From IMG/VR virus record IMGVR_UViG_3300036859_000226, positions 1-57,741 of that record: a DNA stretch of 57,741 nt; one strand, given 5' to 3'. Of the stretch, positions 35,639 through 45,600 are shown in pieces; the stretch's first letter is position 1; every line of letters starts with the position of its first letter. The DNA is from a virus (Duplodnaviria; Caudoviricetes). A model generated the notes under the pieces. That model worked only from the letters and a program-made list of their open reading frames with translations, was not told where the DNA came from and ran no database searches. The position numbers and the translations under genes were made by a program.

Positions 35639-36682
35639 TCACGGCCCGAGCAACCATTGCAGGCCCACCATTTCTGGCGGCGTGTACGCCACACCCGGCC
35701 GCAAGCCCTGCGAAGTCGCCGTGCGTAGCGGTGAGGATAGCGCAGCGACGGCCAGCCGCGGTCGCCGCGCGGCATCGAACAACCCGAACCGGCCGATGCC
35801 ATCATGGTCGGCGAACTCCCACACGTTCGCCCCGACCTGCGCCGCGTTGAACACACGGTAGGCCGCTGCGAGGAAGGCCGCTTGGTCGGCCGCGGTGAGA
35901 TCGGAGGAAATCGGCGCCGACGAGGCGAGCAACATCCCGATTTCATCGGCATGGATCGGTATCGGGCCCGCCGCAGCACGGAGGCGCGCCAGCCAGTCCC
36001 GCACCATGCCGGCCCAGTCAACGACGCCGTCGTGCTCCCATCCCGCCGCCTGGAGCCAAGCGTGCGAGGTCGGATACATCTGGCACCCGAAGAAACTCGG
36101 CGGGCGTTCGGTGAGGTTTGCACGCGCCCAAGCGATGCTGTCCACTGCCCGATCGCAGAGCGTCGCGTCGCCGGAAGTGAGTTCAATCCCGATTCCGCAC
36201 GCCGGGCACTTCGCGACGAAGTACGGCCACTCCCGCAGGAGCCAATCGCGGTGATTGTAGACGATGGTCTGCCCGATGTCATGACCCCCGAGGCGAAGAT
36301 CTCCGCCGAAGTAGACTCGCGACAGCAGCCCGCCCCACATCCAGTTCCATACTGCGTCGATGAACTGCCGGTACATCGCCGACGAGACATCGTTCTGATA
36401 ATAGAGGTTCTGGTGATCCGCCATGACGAACACGACCTCGTAGGTCATGCCGAACGCGGCGGTCATCTGCGTGAACTCGAACAGGTTCGTCAACTCATCC
36501 GGGGTCGGTTGCGGAAACGTCAAGAAGATGCCGCTCGGCCAAGGGTCGTAGAGCGGGTCGCCGCCCTTCGTGAACGTCAGCATCCGAAGGTGCGAGAAGC
36601 CGATCTGCCGCAGGAGCGAGAGGTCGGCGGCGATGGCCCAACGCTGCGTCGGGGTGAGGCTCACGGGGGCGAGCGCGGGCAT
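35639..36682 (-). CDS. Glycoside-hydrolase-like TIM-barrel protein, tentative
   Basis: DLSLLRQIGFSHLRM, PIHADEIG, NVWEFAD...FGLFD. Confidence 0.55.
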   Translation of the reverse strand: MPALAPVSLTPTQRWAIAADLSLLRQIGFSHLRMLTFTKGGDPLYDPWPSGIFLTFPQPTPDELTNLFEFTQMTAAFGMTYEVVFVMADHQNLYYQNDVSSAMYRQFIDAVWNWMWGGLLSRVYFGGDLRLGGHDIGQTIVYNHRDWLLREWPYFVAKCPACGIGIELTSGDATLCDRAVDSIAWARANLTERPPSFFGCQMYPTSHAWLQAAGWEHDGVVDWAGMVRDWLARLRAAAGPIPIHADEIGMLLASSAPISSDLTAADQAAFLAAAYRVFNAAQVGANVWEFADHDGIGRFGLFDAARRPRLAVAALSSPLRTATSQGLRPGVAYTPPEMVGLQWLLGP

Positions 36683-36864
36683 GCCAGCGGCGGCGGGTCA
36701 TGCCGGCCGGGATACCAGAAGGTCCAATTTATGCAGCCATCCTCGTATAGACGATCAGGCTTCATCTCGCGTAGGCGGTCCATCCGGTCGGCAACAATCA
36801 CCACCGATAATGCAAAGCCGGCAATTGCTCCCCAACCCAATAGGAGAATAGCGAAATGTGTCAT
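36661..36864 (-). CDS. Small membrane protein
   Basis: N-terminal TM helix; ATGA coupling. Confidence 0.55.
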   Translation of the reverse strand: MTHFAILLLGWGAIAGFALSVVIVADRMDRLREMKPDRLYEDGCINWTFWYPGRHDPPPLACPRSPP

Positions 36865-37229
36865 GGCTTCTCAGCCCCGCCCGACGGCGCATAGAGCGGC
36901 TTGGCATACCCCTCCCAATCCCGAACCCGCTGCTCCATCGCCGCTTTCTCCATCGCCGCCTTCCTCGCGTCCTCCCGCGCCAGGGTGATCGCCGCCGTCG
37001 CATCGTTCAACTCGCCTAGCATCTGCCCCATGCGCTGCGTGTCGAGCGCAATCCGGCAGCGCACTTGGTCGAGATCGACGCCCCCAGCTGGCGGCTGCCC
37101 GCTCCGAACGCAAGGCGATGGGGATGGTTGCTGTGCATTGGCTCCAGCCATCATGGTTGCGAAGCCAATAAGCATAATCACCACCACCACCAGCGCGCCG
37201 GGCGGCGGCATATCGTCGTCTCGTCTCAT
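36861..37229 (-). CDS. TM/signal plus coiled-coil protein, possible i-spanin
   Basis: GGAGG SD; hydrophobic helix then coiled coil. Confidence 0.6.
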   Translation of the reverse strand: MRRDDDMPPPGALVVVVIMLIGFATMMAGANAQQPSPSPCVRSGQPPAGGVDLDQVRCRIALDTQRMGQMLGELNDATAAITLAREDARKAAMEKAAMEQRVRDWEGYAKPLYAPSGGAEKP

Positions 37230-38146
37230 GTCGCCTCCACCACTACCGCCGCCCGGCGCGCTGTCGGCTTCCGCGCCAGCGCCGGCCTCTCGACCAGATA
37301 CCACGACAGCGCCGCGAGCGCGACAGTCACGGTCAGAGAGAGCGCGAACAGCCCAGCGATCGGCACGCCCGGCATCAGCGAGGCGAACACCCGCTCGACC
37401 GGGTAGCCGTAGATGTAGATGCCGTAGGAGAAGTCGCCGAGGCGGCCAGCGTCCCGCAGGCCAGGCCACGATAGCAGCCCGATCCAGAGCGCCAGCGGGG
37501 CCATCAGAGTGAAGCCAAGGTAATCGTGCAGCGGCAGGAGCGCGAGACCCGCCAGCGCCATCCACGGCGCTCCGCGCACGACCCAGGGCCACGCTGCGGC
37601 CGCGGCACCGATCGCGAAGAACAGGCCGAGGCGTCCGGTCTGCGCCAGCGTGAAGTTGTCGGGCGGGATCAGCACCAGCAGGACCGCCCCCGCAATCCAA
37701 ATGAGGGGCATCCGTCGCGTTACCACAGCGCCGACCACAAACAGCCCGTAGCACAGCGCCTCGATCGGGATCGTCCACAAGGAGCCGTTGCCCCAGGCCA
37801 CCGGCACCCGCGTCAGCGCGTTGTCCGCGAGGTACGGCTCGACCCCTGGCACATTGCCCGAGATGATCGCGAGTTCTGCCGTAAGAAACAGGCATGGCCC
37901 CAGCGCCGGCAGTAGCCGCAGCGCCCGCCTCGCAAGAAACCGCCCGACATCGGGATCGCTCGACCAACTGCGCGAGACCAGATAGCCGCTGATCGTGAAG
38001 AACAGCATCACGCCGAGCTCGCCAAGCTGCCGGCCGGCGACGAGGAACGGTTGCGGGAGGGCCGCCAAGCCGTACAGGTGCGTGACGAAAACGGCAAGCG
38101 CCCCGATGAGGCGCAGCGCGTCGAAATTGTTTGAACGATTAGTCAT
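37226..38146 (-). CDS. Acyltransferase-3 (OafA-like) membrane O-acyltransferase
   Basis: NNFDALRLIGALAVFVTH, GVMLFFTISGYL, FLARRALRLLP, NGSLWTIPIE, GDFSYGIYIY, SWYLVERP. Confidence 0.92.
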   Translation of the reverse strand: MTNRSNNFDALRLIGALAVFVTHLYGLAALPQPFLVAGRQLGELGVMLFFTISGYLVSRSWSSDPDVGRFLARRALRLLPALGPCLFLTAELAIISGNVPGVEPYLADNALTRVPVAWGNGSLWTIPIEALCYGLFVVGAVVTRRMPLIWIAGAVLLVLIPPDNFTLAQTGRLGLFFAIGAAAAAWPWVVRGAPWMALAGLALLPLHDYLGFTLMAPLALWIGLLSWPGLRDAGRLGDFSYGIYIYGYPVERVFASLMPGVPIAGLFALSLTVTVALAALSWYLVERPALARKPTARRAAVVVEAT

Positions 38147-39515
38147 ATCCATAAAGCATCGCCTTCCCTGACGCCAAATTCCCACTCGATGAAGTGATGA
38201 ACAAATCGGTGATCGCATTGGTGTCCGCGGTATAGGTGCAAGAGCCAAGATGCCGGAAGACGCTCGTCCCGTTGTAGAAGGTCTGGACGTAGGAGGCCGA
38301 CTTAGCCTGCGTCGTCGATTGCAGGTTCTTCATCGTATATTCGCCGTTGACGCCACCGTGCGAAGTCGTGTTCGTCACGGCGTTGAAGTTGGCACAGAAG
38401 CTGTTCGCCTCGCTGTTGGTGTTAGTTGTCGTGGTGGTGGCGCTGGAGGTCGAGAGGAACGTCGTGTGGTAGCCGCTGGTCTTCGAGACCCCCGCCTCCC
38501 CGAAGGTGAAGGTGATGCTGACGCTGTTCGTCGCGGGCAGGATCGCGTCGAGGACCAGAACGTAGTTGTTGTAGGTTGGCAAGGATGAGAATTGGAGCGT
38601 CGTCGCGGTGTTGTTCGCGGTCAGGGTGGAAATGAGGCACCACCCCTTGTTGGTGATTCCCGTCGCGCACGGAAGCCCCGTCGCGTTCGTCAGCACGCCA
38701 GCCGACGGCGTGCCGAGATCGCCGCCCTGAAAATACGCGGCGCCGGTGCCGCTCTCGTCGGTCAGCGCGCCGCGCAGGTTGGTGCTCGACGGCGTGCCGA
38801 GAAATGTCGCGACGCCGGCGCCAAGGCCGCTGATACCGGTATCGACCGGCAGCCCCGTCGCGCTCGTAAGCGTCGCGGCACTCGGCGTCCCCAGGTTCGG
38901 GGTCGTCAGCACCATGTTCGCCGCCGCGAGACCGCTCGGCAGCGTCGTGCTAATTGACGGGACACCAGTCCCGCCCGTCACCAGCACGCCACTATTGCCG
39001 GTTGCTAGATTGCCGAGCACGCCCGCGTTGTCGTACAGGAGGCCCTTGTCGGTGCCGCTGGTGATTGCAGTCGTGCCGACCGTAAGATTGGTCGCCGATC
39101 CACCCCCACCCCCACCCTTTGCAAGCGGCGATCCGACGCCGGCCGCCATCGAGAGTGTTGTGCTGCCGCTCGCAGTAATGCCGGCAAGATGCGTCGCGCC
39201 ATTGAGTGCGATCATGGCATCGCCGCCAGCCGCGACAAGAACTCCGCCGGTCGTTGCGACAACCGCGCTGTCACCGGCCACCACATAGGCGTCAACCAAA
39301 CCGCCGTTGTGGAGCCAAAGGTTTGTCGGTGGCGGCGTCGGTCTGACGGCGGTCCACCCCAATGCCACCCGGGAGGACGAATTGCTCGCCGACAGGCTGA
39401 CGGTGGCTCCGACCTGCGCCCACGGTGCCTGATAAACCACGCCAGACTGAGCGAGCGCCGCTGCCGACGCCAGCAGCAACACAACGCCAGCCGCTATTCC
39501 TCTCCATCCCTTCAT
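38139..39515 (-). CDS. Tail-fibre-like protein with N-terminal signal peptide
   Basis: Gly/Thr-rich, LGTPSA..LT.ATGLP repeats, C-terminal ..G.AMLYG; starts MKGWRGIAAGVVLLLASAAALAQ. Confidence 0.75.
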   Translation of the reverse strand: MKGWRGIAAGVVLLLASAAALAQSGVVYQAPWAQVGATVSLSASNSSSRVALGWTAVRPTPPPTNLWLHNGGLVDAYVVAGDSAVVATTGGVLVAAGGDAMIALNGATHLAGITASGSTTLSMAAGVGSPLAKGGGGGGSATNLTVGTTAITSGTDKGLLYDNAGVLGNLATGNSGVLVTGGTGVPSISTTLPSGLAAANMVLTTPNLGTPSAATLTSATGLPVDTGISGLGAGVATFLGTPSSTNLRGALTDESGTGAAYFQGGDLGTPSAGVLTNATGLPCATGITNKGWCLISTLTANNTATTLQFSSLPTYNNYVLVLDAILPATNSVSITFTFGEAGVSKTSGYHTTFLSTSSATTTTTNTNSEANSFCANFNAVTNTTSHGGVNGEYTMKNLQSTTQAKSASYVQTFYNGTSVFRHLGSCTYTADTNAITDLFITSSSGNLASGKAMLYGYD

Positions 39516-39528
39516 CGCGTCCTCCCGG

Positions 39529-41244
39529 TTAATAAAGGCTCGCCGCCGGCCCAACATTGGCCGTGAACGTTGTTGGCGGCGTGATCGTGGTAAACCCGGT
39601 GGCGAAGGTCTGCCCGGTTTGTGCCGCCGTCCCGCACGCCCCCATCTTCAAAGCGTTCGCCCGCTGCGTCGCGTTGTCGTAAAACGTTTCGACATAGTAT
39701 GTCGCTGGCCCTTTGGCCGCATAGGGCGCCGTGAACGGCACGAGTTGGTACGTCTGCGCTCCGCTCGCCGCCGTACTCGCCGAGGTCGCGACATTGACGC
39801 CGCTGGAATTGGCGAGGCCCACCTTCATGTTGCCGCTCACGACCGATCCGTTGAAGACGGCCACCCCTGTCACCGTCATATTTGCCGGCACAAAAACCTC
39901 GGCGATATAGACTTCGGTTGCCACAGGCGTCTGATCCGTCAGAGCGCCAGCGGCATCCCGCCCCGACCCGCCGCAGGTCACAACATTGCGGGGCGATGTG
40001 GCAAAGCCACCGGCCGCGCCAATCCCCCCCGTCGGGGTCAACCCCGACACGCCGAGCGTCCCCACAACCGCCCCGCCGTCTGTCCAGAAATACTGACCGC
40101 CGTCGACCGCGCAATTCCAGCCGGTGTAAGAGCCTCCCGCCGGGTTCCCGTTGGCTAATCCGTAGTCGATGATCGTGCCGGATGTCCCGCTGCACGCCCC
40201 GCCGGCTGCAGACTTGGGCATGGTAATCGCCGCTGTCGTCACAAGCGCATTGTTCATCGCAATGCCGTAACCCATGCCCACCGCGCTCGTCATCGAAATG
40301 CCACCCGTCGTCAACTTCGTGCTGATGTTGTTGAGGACGAGATTCCAGGCGACATGGCTGCCGTCGGTATCGGCATACTGTGCATTCAGAACGGCTTGGA
40401 CCGGAGCCATCGAAACGGACTGCCCCGTGCCGCCATCAGCGGCAGCCGGATTGCGCGCCACAAACTCGTTGTCGGCGATGCCTGTGCCGAACTGAACGGC
40501 GCTGCCGAGAAATGCCGCCACCCCGGCGTTGACGGCCGAACTGGTCGCGGCTCGTGCACGGCTGTCTACACCGATGATGTTCTTGTAGCTGGTCTGCCAC
40601 GAGCCTGGGCTTGGCCCATAGGCGGCAAACACCCCGGCAATGTTCGCGTGCGCCAGCGTGTAGACTGTCGTGTCGCTGTCGTCATTTTCGATGTAGAGCG
40701 TGTCTCGGAAGCTGCCGGCTGTGTCGGAGATCGCGCCGGAGAGCGAGAGTTTGCCCCTGATCCCGGTCAATTGGGAATAGGTCGGAAAATAGTCTGGGTT
40801 GAGGGCCGAAAGGGCCGCTGTCGCGGGTGCGAGATCGGTATTCCCCGTGACGGTGAGGTTGCCGGAGATAGCGAGGCTCGAAAACAGGCTGGACGGGATA
40901 TTGTCCACCGTCCAAATCGGCGCCGTAGGGGGGTCGCTATCCGTGGACGGCGAGAGGGTAAACTTGTATGTGCCGACTGCCAGCCAGATATTGGCTTCCC
41001 CGCGAGAATCGAGGATTATCGGGTTGATGTTCGGTGTGCCGGCCGTCGAATCGGTGTAGGTCGCCGTCTTCGTCGTCGTCCCGGCCGTATAGGTGAACAC
41101 CTTGCACCCGCTGCATGGGGCACCGTTGTTGTCGTCAAAATGCGCCTTCGGCCACGGCGACAGCGCGGCATTCTGCGCCCCAGATGGAGACGGCAGCGCC
41201 AAGAGGCCGGCAAGAAACGCGCACCGCAGCAGAGATCCAATCAT
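39529..41244 (-). CDS. Tail fibre/tailspike with virion-attachment domain, preceded by a signal peptide
   Basis: FDDNNGAP..G.KVFTYTAGTTTK.ATYTD...NPIILDSRGEANIWL...IWTVDNI is a typical podophage fibre anchor. Confidence 0.85.
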   Translation of the reverse strand: MIGSLLRCAFLAGLLALPSPSGAQNAALSPWPKAHFDDNNGAPCSGCKVFTYTAGTTTKTATYTDSTAGTPNINPIILDSRGEANIWLAVGTYKFTLSPSTDSDPPTAPIWTVDNIPSSLFSSLAISGNLTVTGNTDLAPATAALSALNPDYFPTYSQLTGIRGKLSLSGAISDTAGSFRDTLYIENDDSDTTVYTLAHANIAGVFAAYGPSPGSWQTSYKNIIGVDSRARAATSSAVNAGVAAFLGSAVQFGTGIADNEFVARNPAAADGGTGQSVSMAPVQAVLNAQYADTDGSHVAWNLVLNNISTKLTTGGISMTSAVGMGYGIAMNNALVTTAAITMPKSAAGGACSGTSGTIIDYGLANGNPAGGSYTGWNCAVDGGQYFWTDGGAVVGTLGVSGLTPTGGIGAAGGFATSPRNVVTCGGSGRDAAGALTDQTPVATEVYIAEVFVPANMTVTGVAVFNGSVVSGNMKVGLANSSGVNVATSASTAASGAQTYQLVPFTAPYAAKGPATYYVETFYDNATQRANALKMGACGTAAQTGQTFATGFTTITPPTTFTANVGPAASLY

Positions 41245-41266
41245 TAGCAATCCCCTCCGTCAGCCA

Positions 41267-42274
41267 TCACGGCGTCCCATACCTCGTCTGCTGATTCGCC
41301 CGCACCGCGGCCCGCAGGCCCGCGGTGTTCATGTTGACCGAACAGCCGCCCTCGTTGAATTGCGTGTTGAGGGTCTGCCCGGCCCGTCCAAAGATCCTCA
41401 CCTTCGCGACCGTCGTGTTGATGCTCTTCGTCCCGCCGTTCTCGGTCCCGTCGATGTTGAGCGTCGCGGTCGGGCCGCTATCATCCATCGAGCCGTTCGC
41501 GGCATGGATTGCCCCGTCGCTCGCCCCCGTCGTTCCCTGCCCGTCGATCGTCCAGTTCGCCGACGAGCCCGACGAACTGATCGCGTTGTTGATGTCGCTC
41601 GACGCCGACCAGCCGCCGCACTGCACGAAGCGAAAGACCCCGTTCACCGCCTTCCCCCCCACATCCGAGATCGCCAGCGGGCTAGCCGGCGTGTAGTTGT
41701 TGGCGCTCCGGTATTCCTGCGTCGCGATCGTCGGCGACACCGCGCAGGGGATCGACGGGGTGTAGCAGAGGCCGTCCGACCCCCAGGCGAACCGGACTTC
41801 TCCCGCGTTCGTCGTCGCGACCGCCACCGCGTCGCCGTAGCTGCTGCCGGTCATATCATAGAACGTGTTGATCTTGATGAACTCGGTGCCGAGCGGGCTG
41901 CGGTTCTGGCCCCAGACATCGACCGTCGTGCTGCCGGGACACCCCGCGGTGTGCGTCAGATCAGGCGTTCCATCGGTGTAGACCTTGACCGTGCAGGAAT
42001 CTTGATACGTGCCGCCGCTGTTAAACCGATCCAGCAGCAGCATGTTGTTCGTGCCCGGCTGCGCATAGGCGTAGCTGTACGAAAACGAGGCGCTGTACCA
42101 GGGCGCGAAGGTGGTGATGTCGCCGACGCCGCAGAAGTGCGTCGCGCAGCTTCCGAGGCTCGATGGCGGCGGCGGCCACAGCGGCGAGAAGGCGAGCGAA
42201 TTCGTCGCGAGCATCGCGACGCCGGAGGCAAAGAGCAGCGCGGCGCCGGCCAGCGCCCCCGCAAGCCGCAACAT
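41267..42274 (-). CDS. Exported Cys-rich beta-sandwich/lectin-like protein, probable receptor-binding component
   Basis: Hydrophobic N-terminus; several Cys pairs; tail cluster. Confidence 0.65.
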   Translation of the reverse strand: MLRLAGALAGAALLFASGVAMLATNSLAFSPLWPPPPSSLGSCATHFCGVGDITTFAPWYSASFSYSYAYAQPGTNNMLLLDRFNSGGTYQDSCTVKVYTDGTPDLTHTAGCPGSTTVDVWGQNRSPLGTEFIKINTFYDMTGSSYGDAVAVATTNAGEVRFAWGSDGLCYTPSIPCAVSPTIATQEYRSANNYTPASPLAISDVGGKAVNGVFRFVQCGGWSASSDINNAISSSGSSANWTIDGQGTTGASDGAIHAANGSMDDSGPTATLNIDGTENGGTKSINTTVAKVRIFGRAGQTLNTQFNEGGCSVNMNTAGLRAAVRANQQTRYGTP

Positions 42275-42276
42275 CG

Positions 42277-43716
42277 TCACTGGTACGCCTTCACGGCGCA
42301 GTCCGAGACGCCGTTGATCCGGGTGAAGTAGAACTTGAACTTGCTCGTGTTCACCGTCGTCAGCGCCGACCCATCGCACGCACCGCCGACCAGCGTGAAG
42401 CCAGAGAGCGTCACCGCCCCGGCGCTCGCCCCGTTTGTCATCAGGTAGGCGCAAGAGCCGTCAGCGCTGTCCGCCGCCAGCGTGAACGCACCATTATTCG
42501 TGAAGTATTGCAGATCGCGCGTGCCGCAGGCGACGGTCAGCGTGCCGCTCGATATCGTCCCGAGGTTGTTCGATGTGACGACAAAGCCGCCGGTCACGAC
42601 CTGATTCGCGATATCGAGCGCCGCGATCGCCATGTTCGAGTTCGGCACCGTCCAAGTTCTCGCGGCGGTCGGCCCCGTCACCGTGATCGTCTGCGGGATG
42701 ATCGGCACCTTCGTCGAGGCCGCCGGGAAGGTCCAGACGCTCGCGCCGAGCGCCCCGGTGTCGGCGACGATCTCGCCGAGCCCCGAGGTCGCGTTGCCGA
42801 GAAAGATGCCGCCCGCGACGCCGGATGATCCGATTGTCAGCGCCGCGCCAGCCGCTGTGATGCTTGTATCCGTCGTGCAGCCGTTCGACCCATTGTTGAG
42901 AACGATGCCCGCCGCGCCGGAGACGATGCAGCTTCCTGTCGGCGTCACCGCGCTCAGCACCGCGCCTGTCTCGGTGATCGTGGTGCCGTCTACCTTGTAG
43001 ACGCCGAACACGGTTGTCGAACCGTGCGGGAGTGCCTGAAACGAATGGGTCGATGCCTCAAGGAAGGTGTTGAGAACCCCGCCGCTTGCCGGAACCGCGC
43101 CCGAGAGCGCGTCGGTAAATGGATTGATGAGGGTCGTCAGTTGCGTCTTCGTCAGCGCGGCCGGCACAGCAGCCACGCCCCCGACGTTGCCGAGCGCGGT
43201 CAGACTGGGGATCGGTGCCATGCCGGCCGTGCCAACGGCGACAACCGGGTTCGGCGTTGATGTCAGGCCGTCGTTGAACGTAATACTCGTAACCGATCCC
43301 GACCCCTCCACTTTCCCGGTCGGGAGCGCGTACCAGTTCATATCTTGCTGGATGTTGACAACAGCACCCTGTGCCGCCGCCAATGTAAGCGATGATTGCA
43401 GGTTGACTAAGCGAAACAGCCCCGTTCCAGGGTCACGCAGATTGACGAACGTGACCGTCGCCCCATTGATCGGGAGAACGGTGAACTCGAAGTTCGGAGC
43501 AAAAACCAGCCCCGGCGCCGGCAGTGAGATCGTCACCGGGTCCGTCGCCGTCAGCAAAATCCAGCCGCAGCGGTCGGTCGTGTTGACGGTATATGCCGTA
43601 GCAGAAACGAGTTTCGGGGCGATCGTTTGCGCGCACGGCTGCGTCTGCGCTTGAGCCGCGCCAGCAAACGCAAGCAACAGCCCGAGGCAGAGAACGCTAA
43701 GCCATGTCTTGCGCAT
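42277..43716 (-). CDS. Tail-fibre-like protein with N-terminal signal peptide
   Basis: MRKTWLSVLCLGLLLAFAGAAQAQ; GSVTSI, NNGAFTLAA..TNGASAGAVT fibre-like segments. Confidence 0.75.
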   Translation of the reverse strand: MRKTWLSVLCLGLLLAFAGAAQAQTQPCAQTIAPKLVSATAYTVNTTDRCGWILLTATDPVTISLPAPGLVFAPNFEFTVLPINGATVTFVNLRDPGTGLFRLVNLQSSLTLAAAQGAVVNIQQDMNWYALPTGKVEGSGSVTSITFNDGLTSTPNPVVAVGTAGMAPIPSLTALGNVGGVAAVPAALTKTQLTTLINPFTDALSGAVPASGGVLNTFLEASTHSFQALPHGSTTVFGVYKVDGTTITETGAVLSAVTPTGSCIVSGAAGIVLNNGSNGCTTDTSITAAGAALTIGSSGVAGGIFLGNATSGLGEIVADTGALGASVWTFPAASTKVPIIPQTITVTGPTAARTWTVPNSNMAIAALDIANQVVTGGFVVTSNNLGTISSGTLTVACGTRDLQYFTNNGAFTLAADSADGSCAYLMTNGASAGAVTLSGFTLVGGACDGSALTTVNTSKFKFYFTRINGVSDCAVKAYQ

Positions 43717-45016
43717 AACCCATCCTGTGCAATGCCGGCAGCGCCTCGATCACCTTACAGCCGATGTCGTCGCGCACGATCTTGTCAGGAATGCGAACTG
43801 CGTCGACCGCGCGATAGACTCGCTCGCGCGCCCGCTCGACCGTCTTTCCCAACCCGGTGCAGACCAGCACATATTCCCCGGTCGTTTGATATTGTGGGCC
43901 GTTGACGATCTTCTCGCCCTCCATGTGCGGGCCGGCGCCCATCATCACCGAGGCAAGGTGGACCTGATCGCGCACTTCGTCGACGCCGAATATCGGGTTG
44001 CCCTCGACCAGCTCTGGCGGGCTGGCATTGTACGGATAGCGCGGCTGGCCGCAAACAACGCCGATCGCAACGTCGTAGCTGACGCGCAGGCTGTCCTTGC
44101 CGTCGAGAAGATCACGCATCCACTTCGCCGGGTCGCCCCGGTGCGAGGCCATCTGAATCCACCACGCCGGGTAGCCGAGGCGCGCGGTCCACTCGAAGAA
44201 CCACGGCTTGCCCTTCGTGTCGATCGCGCCCCCAAAGGCAAAATCGCCCCGGTGCCCGAGCGTCCGCAACACCGGCTCCATCGGCTTCATCACTTCATCG
44301 GCCAACTTGTCATCCTCGACGTACTGGCAGACCGTGCCTGCTTCGCCGGTTTGGGGCCCCTTCTCCCCCGGCATCAGCTTCTTGTGCTCAAAGCAGACCT
44401 GCCATTTGTCTGGCAGGAACCCCTCGGGGCCGCACCATCCAGACACACCGATCTCGGCCAGCAGGTCGATCTTCTCCTGCAACAGACACTTCTTGACCTT
44501 CTTCCCGGCAGCGATCTGCCGTCGCAACCACCCGCACAGGTCAGCCGGATCGTCGGCGACATAGGTCATGGCCTTGTTTTCCTCATCCCCGCCCGGCTTG
44601 AACACGAACGCCCGGTCTGACTTGCGAGCGAACGCCTCCGCATCTTCCAGGCCAGCAAACTCGTGATACTCTGGCACGTTGATGCCAGCAGCTCGGGCCG
44701 CCTCGATCCCGGCCATGCGGTCGATTTCCAGCCGCGCGCTCTGCGGCGTCGGGGCGAAGACCGGATATCCGAACTCGCGATACCGTTGCATCTCGTGCAG
44801 GAGCGTGTAGTTGCCAGTCAGCACGATCAGCCCCTCGCGCGCCCACGCCATTGATGCGCGCCAGTCGTCGACCAGCGCAATCTGCTTGAACCCCTCACCG
44901 TAGCGCTCGCGCTTCTTCGGCATGTGCCGGTAAAGGCGCACGGAATGCCCTGCCGCAGCGCAACGCAGCGCGAAGTCGAGCCCCATCAGCTCGATATCCG
45001 CGACGAGTACATTCAC
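43697..45016 (-). CDS. ATP-grasp ligase, PurD (GAR synthetase)-like
   Basis: ARLEIDR, VFKP, LQEKI, FEHKKLMPGEKGPQTGEAG, EWTARLGYP, VRDDIG. Confidence 0.85.
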   Translation of the reverse strand: MNVLVADIELMGLDFALRCAAAGHSVRLYRHMPKKRERYGEGFKQIALVDDWRASMAWAREGLIVLTGNYTLLHEMQRYREFGYPVFAPTPQSARLEIDRMAGIEAARAAGINVPEYHEFAGLEDAEAFARKSDRAFVFKPGGDEENKAMTYVADDPADLCGWLRRQIAAGKKVKKCLLQEKIDLLAEIGVSGWCGPEGFLPDKWQVCFEHKKLMPGEKGPQTGEAGTVCQYVEDDKLADEVMKPMEPVLRTLGHRGDFAFGGAIDTKGKPWFFEWTARLGYPAWWIQMASHRGDPAKWMRDLLDGKDSLRVSYDVAIGVVCGQPRYPYNASPPELVEGNPIFGVDEVRDQVHLASVMMGAGPHMEGEKIVNGPQYQTTGEYVLVCTGLGKTVERARERVYRAVDAVRIPDKIVRDDIGCKVIEALPALHRMGYAQDMA

Positions 45017-45588
45017 GCGCTGACCACCCCCAACTGCGCGCTGATCCAGGTATTTGCGGCTACCGCATAGAAGATCGCGCGCTTGGCGTTGGTGAGCGGA
45101 ACGCCCGTGCTCCCTGCCACGCCGTCGATGGTGTCCGAGCCGGCGCCGTAGACCTGCATCGCGTTTGCGCCAGCGTTGAAAACGACCACGGCAGCGCCGA
45201 CGCCAGCAGCGGATACCGCCGGGAGGACAACCCCCGTTCCCGCCCCCGCAGCCGTCACGTTGTTGATGTTCTTCGTCAGGGCAAGGGCATCGGCGCGTGT
45301 CGTGCCGACCGCTGTCAGAGCGTTGCCGACCGATTCATCGACGTATCCACCAGCCACTACGTTGCCGCCGGCGCTGATCGCGCCACCCGCGCTGAGCGTC
45401 GTCCCGAACGTGCCGCCGCTGGTGACAGCGAGTGAATTAACCCCCAACGCTGTGCCGCCGCTCACCGGCCGCACCCCGCTATCTTCGATGCCGCCATTGC
45501 CTGTGAAGACAACGACGTTGCCGGATGACGCTTCGCCGTATTGGATTATCCCCGGCCGCTGCGGGCGGGGGTCAGGCGGGATCGGCAT
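45013..45588 (-). CDS. Probable minor structural protein
   Basis: Gly/Ala/Thr-rich; GVVLP..VFNAGANAMQVYG.GSDTIDG. Confidence 0.7.
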   Translation of the reverse strand: MPIPPDPRPQRPGIIQYGEASSGNVVVFTGNGGIEDSGVRPVSGGTALGVNSLAVTSGGTFGTTLSAGGAISAGGNVVAGGYVDESVGNALTAVGTTRADALALTKNINNVTAAGAGTGVVLPAVSAAGVGAAVVVFNAGANAMQVYGAGSDTIDGVAGSTGVPLTNAKRAIFYAVAANTWISAQLGVVSA

Positions 45589-45600
45589 GGCGTGTTCCTT

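Noticed and set aside
38680-38900. Repeats in the fibre gene as a DGR template/variable pair
   Set aside because: They are protein-level LGTPS repeats, there is no reverse transcriptase, and I saw no adenine-specific mismatch pattern.
43697-45016. Assigning the symbol purD
   Set aside because: The N-terminus is divergent (no GSGGRE motif) and the gene sits in a structural context, so function is not established.
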